From positions 156,240,001-156,304,000 of the forward strand of contig NC_043000.1 in assembly GCF_006345805.1 (NCBI RefSeq): DNA of 64,000 nucleotides. Reading direction: 5' to 3'. The stretch comes from Octopus sinensis (Eukaryota). This document shows, one piece after another, positions 25,445 to 38,000 of the stretch. How positions within the stretch are numbered: the first letter of the stretch is position 1; every line of letters begins with the position of its first letter. The notes beneath the pieces are model-generated. The model had not been told where the DNA came from. It searched no databases and saw only the letters and a list, made by a program, of their open reading frames with translations. Made by a program: the position numbers and the translations under genes.

Positions 25445-26450
25445 TATCATCATCATCATCATCATCATTTAGCGTCCGTTCTCCATGCTAGCATGGGTTG
25501 GACGGTTCAACTGGGGTCTGGGGAGCCCGAAGGCTGCACCAGGCCAGTCAGATCTGGCAGTGTTTCTACAGCTGGATGCCCTTCCTAACGCCAACCACTC
25601 CGAGAGTGTAGTGGGTGATTTTATGTGCCACCGACACAGGTGCCAGACGAGGCTGGCGAACGGCCACGCTCGGATGGTGTTTTTATGTGCCACCGACACA
25701 GGTGCCAGACGAGGCTGGCAGACGGCCACGCTCGGATGGTGTTTTTATGTGCCACCGACACAGGTGCCAGATGAGGCTGGCAGGTGCCAGACGAGGCTGG
25801 CAGACGGCCACGCTCGGATGGTGTTTTTATGTGCCACCGACACAGGTGCCAGATGAGGCTGGCGGACGGCCACGATCGGATGGTGTTTGTTACGTCCCCA
25901 AAGCACGGAGGCCAGTCTATGCGGTACTGGCTACGGCCACGTTCGGATGATTTTCTTGTGTGCCACCGGCACTGGTACCACAAAGATACAAATTCCATTT
26001 ATGTTCATCTATTTTGATTTGTTTTGATTTGATTTGATTTTCACTTGCCTCAACAGGTCTTCACAAGTGTCACTTGCCTCAACAGGTCTTCACAAGTGTC
26101 ACAAGAAGGAAGGTATGCACAGGTGGACTGTCTGCGTCGCGGGTCTTCGGATGGTGTCTTTATGTGCCACCGACACAGGTGCCAGATGTGGCTGGCGAAC
26201 GGCCACGATCGGATGGTTTTCTTGTGTGCCACCGGTACTGGAACCACAAAGATACAAATTCCATTGATGTTCATCTATTTTGATTTGGTTTGATTTTCAC
26301 TTGCCTCAACAGGTCTTCACAAGTGTCACGCGTGTCACACACTTGCCTCAACAGGTCTCCACAAGTGTCACACACTTGCCTCTGCCTCAACAGGTCTTCA
26401 CAAAGTGTCACACACTTGCCTCTGCCTCAACAGGTCTTCACAAGTGTCAT
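25445..26450 (-). mobile_element. RTE LINE 3'-UTR-derived element with expanded internal modules
   Basis: (GAT)n tail at ~25445, several 55-70 bp modules, then repeated CACTTGCCTCAACAGGTCTTCACAAGTG units. By eye about 30 fragments of this family occur in the window in both orientations. Confidence 0.8.
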
Positions 26451-27529
26451 AAGAGGGATAGTCAAATTTCTGTTAACACCCCAACACCAGAGTCACACTT
26501 CTGTTAATATGTAATAATACAATCACACATCCAACTTTGTACATCTGTGACAGCACTGTTGTTACACACAACATCTTTACAGGTCACACCTAACAGAAAG
26601 CCATTTGAATGAATGGTTATCAAGGACCCACACATCAACCTACTCCAATGCCAGACCTACAGGCATGCTGTCCCATCACTCTGCTTCATCTACCACTACT
26701 ACAACAGCTTCTGCTCTTCAGTGTTAGCTATTTGCATACCAACACTGAAAATATCTAAACTCATCTCATACATTCATCCATGGTAATTCTCCTCTCGGTC
26801 ATCTCCTCAACCAACAAGCTCTATCCATTCTCCCACAAAAAAAAATCAAACTTCTGGATATTCCTCACTCCCAAATTTTTTCCCCAAAATCATCGAAATG
26901 CAGATGTTCAAACAGAACATCAACAACATTAATCCAACCATTCTCAAAGAATTTATTAAAATAACAGGTAGTCTCATGGTCGCTAACCCCTCATTAACAC
27001 CATTTGATAAAACATGGCTATAGGTGTGGCTGTGTGGTAAGTAGCTTGCTTACCAACCACATAGTTCCGGGTTCAGTCCCACTGCGTGGCACCCTTGGGC
27101 AAGTATCTTCTACTATAGCCTCGGGCCGACCAAAGCTTTGTGAGTGGATTTGGTAGATGGAAACTGAAAGAAGCTCATCATATATATGTATATATATATA
27201 TTTGTGTGTGTTTCTGTGTTTGTCCCCCCAACATCGCTTGACAACCGATGCTGGTGTGTTTATGTCCCCGTGACTTAGCAGTTCGGCAAAAGAGACCAAT
27301 AGAATAAGTCCTGGGGTCGATTTGCTCGACTAAAGGCAGTGCTCCAGCATGGCCACAGTCAAATGACAGAAACAAGTAAAAGAGTAAAGAGAGTATAGTT
27401 TGCATGTCATTGTTGTTTCACTGTTTATGTATTCACGACACAAGTTTCTTTGACCAATAGCTTTACAATGAAGCACTTCCTCCAGTAAGCATTATAGAGA
27501 AGCCTGTGGTTGTAAGCCTGATTACTTAC

Positions 27530-27676
27530 CGCAATGTAATGGCACGAGCAATTGGATCATTGCTGTGTATAACAGAAAATATGCGCCGTATGAAGTCATC
27601 AACATTGAGCACTTTGTCCAGGTGTTTCTCAGCCTGCTGTGTCACACGGAGGATGCATAACCGAATGAAATTGCTC
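27530..27676 (-). CDS. INTS7: INTS7 coding exon 3
   Basis: SNFIRLCILRVTQQAEKHLDKVLNVDDFIRRIFSVIHSNDPIARAITL(R), near-identical to recalled human NNFLRLCVLKVTQQSEKHL..HSNDPVARAITLR; 147 nt, phase 2 to 2. Confidence 0.97.
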
Positions 27677-30600
27677 CTAAAAATGAACAAAAACAGAAAA
27701 AATGCACAGAAACCTGTTATAAAATCATAAAAAGTATCAAATGCAAACACATTAGTTTTGTAAAAATTATGATGTGAAAAGTGTCTGTTTCCAGACCTTC
27801 AGGCTGGCTGATGTGTTGAGAGTGAAATGAGTAGGCAAAAATGTGTGGATGCCCATAGCATATATAGATGTGTGTGTGTGTGTGTGCACATGCAAAAGTT
27901 TCTTTTCGTCTGTGTTTTGCACGTGTTAAAATTTTTTTTTAAATGCCTTTTTATAGATGGTGTTGATGTTTACAGCTACTGTGAAAACAGGTTTGACAAG
28001 CAAAAGACCAAGAGAATAAATACCTCCAGTGGAAACCAAGAAGGGCATCCTATCACAAAATACTATACTAACCAACAAATCTTGTCTAATCCATGCCAGC
28101 ATGGAAGAAGCAAACCCAGGTATATGATGATGAAACTGTGATGTGAAAAGACTGAGATGATCCGTATTAAACAAAATCTTTGTCTTTACTTTGCTTTAAT
28201 GGAAATAAATCATTAGTAAATGACCTCTTGTCTATCTCAAAATGTGGACAAATCTTAGCTAAAAGGCTAAACAGTAACAACTTAAACATTTAGAAGAGTT
28301 AAAAGCTTTTAATCATCAACAACTTTTATTTTGTTTCACCTGATTAGAAACTATTATGGCCCACCCAGTACAGTCTGTGGAGTGACTGGCATTAGGAAGG
28401 GCATCCAGCTGTAGAACCAACCCAAAATAGACTATGGAACATGGTGAGGCTCCTGGCCTTGCTGGTTTCTGTCAAGCCATCCAACCCATGCCAGCATGTT
28501 GATGATGGTGATGATTAACTTCAAAATTTCACCATTAGTATTTTCTGTCATAGGATGGATAGGCTAGTACAAGATATCTTTTTAATGTTTAACCCTTCAT
28601 CAACTTTGGTAGAGTGGCCCTTTGGTCTATTTTTCTACACACTGTGTATTTGGGATGACATTATTTAGTATACCTTTGTCTGTTTCAAGACGGTAGGGTG
28701 TCATTTGTAGAAATCTGGACATATTGTTTAGGAAGACAAACAACCACATAGAGTTTTTTTTATTGGTTAATCCAATGTCTGTTTTCTACAGAAATCCATC
28801 ATCATCATCATTTAACACCTGCTTTCTATGCTGGCATGGGTTAGATGGTTTGACTGGAACTGATAAGCCAGAGAGCTGCACCAAGTTCCAGTCTAACTTG
28901 GCATGGTTTCTACAGCTGGATGTCCTTCCTCATGCAACCACGCCAAGAGTGTAATGGGTGCTTTTTATGTGTCATCACCATGGGTGTCAGTTACATGACA
29001 CTGACATCAGCCACAACAATGATTTCACTTGGCTTGACGAGTCTTCTACTCAAGCATGGCATATCACTAACAGTCTTGGTCACTTATAAACCGCAGTGAG
29101 GCCCATGGTTTGAAGAGAGCTTTCTACATGCCACCAGCACGGGTGCCAGTTATGTGACACCAGCATCAGCCACGACCATGATAGATTGTGTATCATTATC
29201 ATCATCATCATCATCATCATTTTCAAGACTACTTTTCCATGCTTTGATGGGTGAGTTGGGATTCACTGAAACAGATTTTCTATGGCCAGATGCTCTTTCT
29301 GTCTTCAGTTCTCTCCTGTTTCCAAGTAAGATAATATTTTCCTCTACATGTCTTCACAGGAGACTGCAAACAGACAACATTGCTTATATGACAGTGATGT
29401 TCATATACATTTAGCCTGCAATGTTAAGGACAAGGAAACACAAACACATATACTTTATTAGTAGAAAAAAGCCTCAAGGAGAGCTCATCCATTTCCTAGA
29501 TCCTAAACTGGAACCAGACTTCCAAGGGGTGCTTGCATACGAGTTCCAGATACACTGGGGAGTTGGGTATGAGGGGTATCATGTACTATAGATTGTATGG
29601 GTATGTGTGAATGCATGAACAAAGATAATTTTGGTCTGATGAGGTAGTAATGATAGATTCCAGTGCCGGTATATGTGTGAGGAAAGTCATGAGAAGGAAC
29701 CATAAATATAATCGTGGCCGTGCCAGCCTCGCCTGGCCTCCGTGCTGGTGGCACGTAAAAAACACCATCCGAGCATGGCCGTTCGCCAGCCTCGTCTGGC
29801 ACCTGTGTCGGTGGCACATAAAAAGCACCCACTACACTCACGGAGTGGTTGGCGTTAGGAAGGGCATCCAGCTGTAGAAACACTGCCAGATCAGACTGGA
29901 GCTTGGCGCAGCCTCCTGGCTTCCCAGACCCCAGTTGAACCGTCCAACCCATGCTAGCATGGAAAGCGGACGCTAAACGATGATGATGATGTACAAAAAA
30001 CAAGAGATAAGAACCTATTAAACATGGAATCCATATTACAGTCACAAAAGACATGGTATCCTCAGTCATTTGTCTTCTTAACCAGAGTTGATCTGGAGCT
30101 ATTAACAAAAATATTACATTGAACAAGTGAGAGTCTTCATGCAATCTCTTGAACCGCTTGTAATAGCAACCAAATCTCAATTCACATATAATCATCTCAA
30201 AAAAGGAAGGACACACTGAGTAACTTAATTCTAAATACACTATGTATAAAATGTAATACATTTGTAGAGCTGAAAAAGAGGTAATTTCTACTCTCCTCCT
30301 CTGGAAGCCATCTACTCGCAATGCCAGAGGGCGCACACTCTTCTACCCTGATGTAATCTCCAGGGATACAAGCATCCAGCAACAGTACCTCCGTAATGCC
30401 ATGATGGACAGTGAAGTCTGACGTAGCATGGTAAATTCCATTGTCTCGACCACGGTCGAACAATGATGATGATGATGTATAAAAAGGTTAGGATTATTAC
30501 AAATAGGGTACTTTTGTTAACAGATCAGCCTAGTAAGAACAGACTTAGAGCTGACTGCTATATTTAGCTCAAACTCTGAGCTGTCTTGCTATCCACCTTT

Positions 30601-31060
30601 AATAGAGCTTAAGAAGTCCAAATCCATTCTTTCTGACTGTCACAACCACCAACAGATGCAACATGATATGAATAGTCTAACTTTAGTCTCACAGTAAAGT
30701 TAGTGCCAAGAAACATTTATTTAAATAATAATACCTATGTGATGAAGGAAAGAAAACATGAGATCAATCATCATCATCATCATCATCGTTTAACATCCAT
30801 ATTCCGTGCTAGCATGGGTTGGATGGTTCGACCGGGGTCTGGGAAGCCAGGGGCTGCACCAGGCTCCAACCTGATCTGGCAGTGTTTCTACAGCTGGATG
30901 CCCTTCCTAACGCCAACCACTCCGTGAGTGTAGTGGGTACTTTTTACGTGCCACCTGCACAGGTGCCGGGGGGTCTGGCATCGGCCACGATCGGTTGGTG
31001 CTTTTAACATGCCACCGGCACGGAAGCCAGCCAAGGCGGCGCTGGCATCGGCCACGTTTG

Positions 31061-32630
31061 GATGGTGCTTTTTATGTGCCACCGGCACAGAAGCCAGTCG
31101 AGGCAGCGCTGGCAATGGCCACGTTCGGATGGTGCTTTTTATGTGCCACCGGCACAGAAGCCAGTCGAGGCAGCGCTGGCAAAGGCCACGTTCGGATGGT
31201 GCTTTTTATGTGCCACCGGCACAGAAGCCAGTCTAGGCAGCGCTGGCAATGGCCACGTTCGGATGGTGCTTTTTATGTGCCACCGGCACAGAAGCCAGTC
31301 AAGGCGGCGCTGGCAATGGCCATGTTCGGATGGTGCTTTTTATGTGCCACCGGCACAGAAGCCAGTCAAGGCGGCGCTGGCAATGGCCACGTTCGGATGG
31401 TGCTTTTTATGTGCCACCGGCACAGAAGCCAGTCGAGGCAGCGCTGGCAATGGCCACGTTCGGATGGTGCTTTTTATGTGCCACCGGCACAGAAGCCAGT
31501 CGAGGCTGCGCTGGCATTGGCCACGTTCGGATGGTGCTTTTTATGTGCCACCAGCACAGAAGCCAGTCAAGGCGGCGCTGGCAATGGCCACGTTCGGATG
31601 GTGCTTTTTATGTGCCACCGGCACAGAAGCCAGTCGAGGCAGCGCTGGCAATGGCCACGTTCGGATGGTGCTTTTTATGTGCCACCGGCACAGAAGCCAG
31701 TCGAGGCTGCGCTGGCATTGGCCACGTTCGGATGGTGCTTTTTATGTGCCACCAGCACAGAAGCCAGTCAAGGCGGCGCTGGCAATGGCCACGTTCGGAT
31801 GGTGCTTTTTATGTGCCACCGGCACAGAAGCCAGTCGAGGCTGCGCTGGCATTGGCCACGTTCGGATGGTGCTTTTTATGTGCCACCAGCACAGAAGCCA
31901 GTCAAGGCGGCGCTGGCAATGGCCACGTTCGGATGGTGCTTTTTATGTGCCACCGGCACAGAAGCCAGTCGAGGCTGCGCTGGCAATGGCCACGTTCGGA
32001 TGGTGCTTTTTATGTGCCACCGGCACAGAAGCCAGTCGAGGCTGCGCTGGCATTGGCCACGTTCGGATGGTGCTTTTTATGTGCCACCAGCACAGAAGCC
32101 AGTCAAGGCGGCGCTGGCAATGGCCACGTTCGGATGGTGCTTTTTATGTGCCACCGGCACAGAAGCCAGTCGAGGCTGCGCTGGCAATGGCCACGTTCGG
32201 ATGGTGCTTTTTATGTGCCACCGGCACAGAAGCCAGTCGAGGCTGCGCTGGCATTGGCCACGTTCGGATGGTGCTTTTTATGTGCCACCAGCACAGAAGC
32301 CAGTCAAGGCGGCGCTGGCAATGGCCACGTTCGGATGGTGCTTTTTATGTGCCACCGGCACAGAAGCCAGTCGAGGCTGCGCTGGCATTGGCCACGTTCG
32401 GATGGTGCTTTTTATGTGCCACCAGCACAGAAGCCAGTCAAGGCGGCGCTGGCAATGGCCACGTTCGGATGGTGCTTTTTATGTGCCACCGGCACAGAAG
32501 CCAGTCGAGGCTGCGCTGGCAATGGCCACGTTCGGATGGTGCTTTTTATGTGCCACCGGCACAGAAGCCAGTCGAGGCTGCGCTGGCATTGGCCACGTTC
32601 GGATGGTGCTTTTTATGTGCCACCGGCACA
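31061..32630. repeat. Tandem array of 67-bp units inside an RTE 3'-UTR element (30768-32742)
   Basis: GATGGTG motif recurs from 31061 to 32602 = 1541 bp = exactly 23 x 67; units differ by substitutions only. Confidence 0.97.
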
Positions 32631-32981
32631 CGCACAGGTATCACAAGTACTATTATGATACCTGTGCCTGTGCCGGTGGCACATAAAAAGCACCATCCGA
32701 ACGTGGCCGATGCCAGCGCCGCCTTGACTGGCTTCTGTGCCGATAATCTTAATCTGATCTTGACAAGTAGAGGAAACAACTTCGGATTTGTTTAAGTTTT
32801 ATTAGATATCCTCAGCTAAGTGTAGCCAACAGAAACTAGTCAAATAAGTGAAAACATATTTTACTAAGACAGATATTTTCATACAGACACAGTATGTCCA
32901 TTGAAGTTAATAGAAACAGAACGTACTGTGTTCGCAGACTAGACGAACGCATGACTACAAGCAGGTGCTAGGATTGTGTGG

Positions 32982-33268
32982 TACTACCTGAGAACAGTGG
33001 TCCCGGTTCGCGCACTCACATAATCGCGCATCCACACTAGCTAGTCGTGACTAGTCGATCCTTACTTTGTGATTTTGTGTTATTTACTTTGTTTAAAAAA
33101 TTATTTACTGTGTTTTTGTGTTTTATTTATTTTGTGTAAAAAAATAATTTATTTTATGTTTTATTTACTTTGCTAGGTAGTCGTTGTAGGATCGACTAGT
33201 CACGACTAGCTAGTGCGGATGCGCGACCACGCGAGTGCGCTCACCGGGGCCACTGTTCTTAAGTAGTA
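32982..33268. mobile_element. MITE with ~80-bp TIRs
   Basis: TACTACCTGAGAACAGTGGTCCCGGT...GACTAGTCGATCC on the left; GGATCGACTAGTC...ACCGGGGCCACTGTTCTTAAGTAGTA on the right; AT-rich core; TA at both ends. Confidence 0.75.
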
Positions 33269-33493
33269 CCGAATTGTGTGTTGATGAAATGCTTGATGAA
33301 TTATGTACGATGGGTCTTCTGAAACAGAATCAATTGGTGCTACACAACATAAACGGAAACAATCTAAAAGAATCATGTTTTGAGCAATATGTGATATTAT
33401 GAACACAAAAACGTGTGGTATTACTGCATATGAGATAATGTAAAGCATTTTGCCAACTCCATCATCCATTTGCAATAAATGACAACAACTCAC

Positions 33494-33623
33494 CCTGCTC
33501 TGAATACTTCAGCCAATTTCAAAAGGGCTGAATTTACGAGAATCGGGAAGGGATATTTTTCAAACAGCCGCGGAAACCTCACCACAGCTTCACATTGATC
33601 TCCGATTTTCTGGGACCTCAAAC
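33494..33623 (-). CDS. INTS7: INTS7 coding exon 2
   Basis: (G)LRSQKIGDQCEAVVRFPRLFEKYPFPILVNSALLKLAEVFRA(G), matching the INTS7 N-terminal motif QCEAVVRFPRLFxKYPFPIL; 130 nt, phase 1 to 2; donor GTGAGT. Confidence 0.97.
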
Positions 33624-34095
33624 CTGAAAAACAAAAACAAAAAAATAAACAAATAATAAATAAAGACGGTAAATTAAGGAAAGTATTTCTTGAGAAACAA
33701 TAATATAAAAACCTAAATAGCTTTTTTTTCTTCATTTTTTATGATTCGGCATCAGTTGTTAGTTGTCGGAGCACTGCATCCTTCAAACCTTCCATGCTTC
33801 CTGATTTCCCCCCCTCCATACACACACAAGCATGTATCTGACTCATACATTGTTCACTTCCCTGACATTTGTACATTACTGCACATGCTTTATACGCACT
33901 TTTGATAAGTTGTGGTGCACCTGAGCACTGTATACAATAATTTCATTATTATTATTATTATCATATACCGGTCGCCGATTTGAGTTGTATTAACAATGTG
34001 CGATGACTTTCGACTGTTTTTATATAACTGTGTTACTACAGAGAACAACAAAATGCAGTTCAAAAATATATATGTTTAAAAAATAAGGACCTTAC

Positions 34096-34183
34096 CTTTG
34101 TCTAACTCGATCAAAGCAGAGTTAGCATCTTGTTCTTGCGACGAAGTGTTTGTGTCGTAAGGACGGGTTCCGTTGTTCGCCAT
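34096..34183 (-). CDS. INTS7: INTS7 coding exon 1 (start codon)
   Basis: MANNGTRPYDTNTSSQEQDANSALIELDK(G) matches recalled human EQELDANSALMELDKG; aaacatcATGG context; donor GTAAGG; 88 nt. Not present in the ORF track. Confidence 0.93.
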
Positions 34184-34340
34184 GATGTTTGGATTTGTAA
34201 AGCAAGTCCCGCAGTAAATTATCAACCGGCTAAGAACGGTAACTCATGTAATTTGCATGGTAGAATTATTTCCCTTTGAAATTTATTTGCTCAGTAGGTC
34301 ACTTTTTCTCCGACTTTTATAGATTTGGGCAGTTGACGCC
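34184..34340 (-). promoter_or_regulatory. Probable INTS7 5' UTR and core promoter
   Basis: Repeat-free, relatively CpG-containing segment directly upstream of the ATG; TSS not determinable from sequence. Confidence 0.4.
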
Positions 34341-34436
34341 CCTATGTTATGGTATCAGCTATATTTTTTCATCCTCTTGGTTTATTACAATAAGCTATTA
34401 GTCAAATACTGAAATTGATTCATATAATAGAAAACG

Positions 34437-35039
34437 TAATACCTATTTCTTTACTACCCACAAGGGGCTAAACATAGAGGGGACAAACAAAGACAGACAA
34501 ATGGATTAAGTCGATTATATCGACTCCAGTGCGTAACTGGTACTTTATTTATCGACCCCGAAAGAATGAAAGGTAAAGTCGACCTAGGCTGAATTTGAAC
34601 TCAGAACGTAACGGCAGACGAAATACCTATTTCTTTATTACCCACAAGGGGCTAAACACAAAGGGGACAAACAAGGACAGACAAATGGATTAAGTCGATT
34701 ATATCGACTCCAGTGCGTAACTGGTACTTTATTTATCGACCCCGAAAGGATGAAAGATAAAGTTGACCTAGGCGGAATTTGAACTCAGAACGTAACGGCA
34801 GTCGAAATACCTATTTCTTTATTACCCACAAGGGGCTAAACACAGAGGGGACAAACAAAGACAGACAAATGGATTAAGTCGATTATATCGATTCCAGTGC
34901 GTAACTGGTACTTTATTTATCGACCCCGAAAGGATGAAAGGTAAAGTCGACCTCGGCGGAATTTGAACTCAGAACGTAACGGCAGACGAAATACCGCTTA
35001 GCATTTCGCCCGGCGTGCTAACGATTCTGCCAGCTCACC
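34437..35039 (-). repeat. SINE with three tandem 184-bp body units
   Basis: AATACC recurs at 34438, 34622, 34806 and 34990; a single tRNA-like head ends at 35039 on the minus strand. Confidence 0.92.
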
Positions 35040-38000
35040 AAATACCTTTATGCCAGTGATAGAATTTGAACTAAGACAGCTAAAACTAAATACAGTTAAA
35101 GAATCTTGTTTGACACCAATCGCTTCTAACAACTCAGTACCTTTGATACAATTATTAACAAAAGCATTGGTTGAAATAAAATTGAGCAGATTCCAGTCAT
35201 TGACAATTTTTGTATGAATATCATTGCACTATTTCTGATCTCTAAAATATATTTCCTTTCTGTAACTTCAAAATAAATCACTATTACTCAAACAGCTTTA
35301 GTAATAGCCGTTTATTACTATAACAGCTTTCTCAAACACTGTTTAAAATTTCTGAACAGAAATCAGATAATGTAATCAACAATCCAGTCTGAGTTAGACA
35401 TACTCTTTTACTCTTTTACTTGTTTCAGTCATTTGACTGCGGCCATGCTAGAGCACCGCCTTTAGTCGAGCAAATCGACCCCGGGACTTATTCTTTGTAA
35501 GCCCAGTACTTATTCTATCGGTCTGTTTTGCCGAACCGCTAAGTGACGGGGACGTAAACACACCAGCATCGGTTGTCAAGCAATGCTAGGGGGACAAACA
35601 CAGACACACAAACATATACACACACACTTATATATATATACATATATACAACAGGCTTCTTTCAGTGTCCATCTACCAAATCTACTCACAAGGCATTGGT
35701 CAGCCCGGGGCTATAGCAGAAAACACTTGCCCAAGATGCCACGCAGTGGGACTGAACCTGGAACCATGTGGTTAGTTAGAAAGCTACTTACCACACAGCC
35801 ACTCCTGCGCCTATGTGTAAATAACCTATGTGTAAAGACATGTGTAAATAACTAATTCATCCAAAATTTTTGAAACCCTGAAACATAACTAAAACCAATT
35901 TAATTTTTAAAAAATCTCATCGCCTAAATCGGACACATCCAAATTGGACAAAACTGCATACCAAGTTATTTCCACGCTTGACTGAACAATTTGAAATTTC
36001 TGAACAGAAACTAGATAATGTAAACAACAATCCAGTCTGAGTTAGACATATGTTGTGCAAATAAACTAATTCCTCCCCACTCTTTTTTTAACCTTGAAAC
36101 ATAACTAAAACCAATTTTCTTTACAAAGAATCTAATGACCTAAATCTGACACATCTGAATTGGATGAAACTGCATACAAAAGTTATTTCTACACATGACT
36201 GAACTTGAAGCAATAACATAACTCTCATTCCAAACTAACAAAATTTTCTGATAATAGGTTTGGGTGTGTTGAGAGGGTAGGAATAATATAATATAAATAT
36301 AAGAAGCAGGGAGAAGAGAAAGGTGACAAAAAAGGGGGGGGGGAAGAAGGGAGAAATTATGAAAAAGCAAAAAAGACAAAAGAAAGAAAAAAAAGAAAAA
36401 GCTTTGTTTTTTCAAAAAAAAAAAAGATTTTTACCTTTGATACAATTATTAACAAAAGCATTGGTTGAAATATAATTGAGCAGATTCCAGTCATTGACAC
36501 GTTTTTGCATGAATATCATTGCACTATTTCTGATCTCTAAAATATATTTCCGTTGCCAGTACCGCCTGACTGGCAATCGTACCGGTGGCACGTAAAAGCA
36601 CTCACTACACTCTCGGAGTGGTTGGCGTTAGGAAGGGCACCCAGCTGTAGAAACTCTGACAGATTGAGATTGGAGCCTGGTCCAGCCATGTAGTTTGCCA
36701 GTCCTCAGTTAAATCATCCAATCCATGCTAGCATGGAAAGTGGACATTAAACGATGATGATGATGTTGATGATGATGATGATGATGAATGTGAGAAGAGA
36801 AAAAAAGAAAAATGATTAAAGAAGTGAATGGGTCATTATGTGCAGAGCAAGAAACAATAAAATAAATCTTATTTTAGGTCCATGGAGGCATTAAAAATAT
36901 ATTGTGAAGGCAATGAGCAAAAACAATGCCTGAAGACAACATAATGACTCAGTAAATTACTCTTTACTCTCTTTTACTTGTTTCAGTCATTTGACTGCGG
37001 CCATGCTGGAGCACCGCCTTTAGTTGAGCAAATCGACCCCGGGACTTATTCTTTGTAAGCCCAGTACTTATTCTATCGGTCTCTTTTGCCGAACCGCTAA
37101 GTGATGGGGACGTAAACACACCAGCATCAGTTGTCAAGCAATGCTAGGGGGACAAACACAGACACATACATATATATATATATATATACATATATACGAC
37201 AGGCTTCTTTCAGTTTCCGTCTACCAAATCCACTCACAAGGCTTTGGTCGGTCCGGGGCTATAGCAGAAGACACTTGCCCAAGATGCCATGCAGTGGGAC
37301 TGAACCCAGAACAATGTGGTTGGTTAGCAAGCTACTTACCACACAGCCACCCCTGCGCCTATGGAATAAATAGCAAATTACCCAAACAGGAGCAACAGCA
37401 TCTTGGGTTTCTGCTTCTCAAATAACTTGAAATTCCTTTGCAATGAGAAGGTAGCACCGAAGATTTTCTTGAAACATAACATAGATCTAGCAATGTATGG
37501 TCCAAAGCCAATTGAAAGTACATCACAGAGGAAACATTCAAAACCTGTCCAGCCTGAATTTCTACAAAGCTGACTGGAAAAAAAAAGAGACTGAAATAAA
37601 ATTGGCCAGCAAGCCTCTCTATACAAGATGGCATAAAACTTCAAGAATATTCATCAATAGTGTAATCCATATGTATTAAATTTGCCAGAGAGAGAAGTAC
37701 CATTATACACAAAAACCATTCTTAAAATCAGGGGAGACCTTATGAGAAAAAAGGCTAAAAATCTAAAATTGCTTAAGTAAACAACTTCATGATAGTGAAA
37801 AGTCTCACTTAAAAAAAAAAAGGTACCTTCAGAGCCTGAAAAAACTCAAGCTTTCCCATGAAAAAGGAAGGGAATAAAAGGAAACCAGGACAGTTGAAAT
37901 TGAACCCTACACATTTGCTAAGAGTCTGCCTTGTCTGTTACAAGAAAGGGCCTCTATTTGAAGAAAATGACTTACTGACTGCATACCCTAAAGGAATCAG

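Noticed and set aside
26042-26447. CRISPR-like array
   Set aside because: No unique spacers, no cas genes, eukaryotic context; units derive from a LINE UTR.
29503-30336. 277-aa minus-strand ORF
   Set aside because: A chance read-through of two repeat fragments and unique intron sequence; no recognisable domain.
30995-32795. Long ORFs of 563, 577 and 469 aa as protein-coding genes
   Set aside because: They are the three frames of a stop-poor 67-bp tandem repeat inside a retro-element in an intron, with no splice, promoter or homology support.
34251-34258. Octamer ATTTGCAT near the INTS7 start as an snRNA-type DSE
   Set aside because: A single 8-mer in AT-rich DNA; no PSE or snRNA body found.
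35140-36551. Local duplications (35140-35255 vs 36434-36551; 35347-35402 vs 35995-36049)
   Set aside because: Real but ordinary short intergenic duplications with no functional signature.
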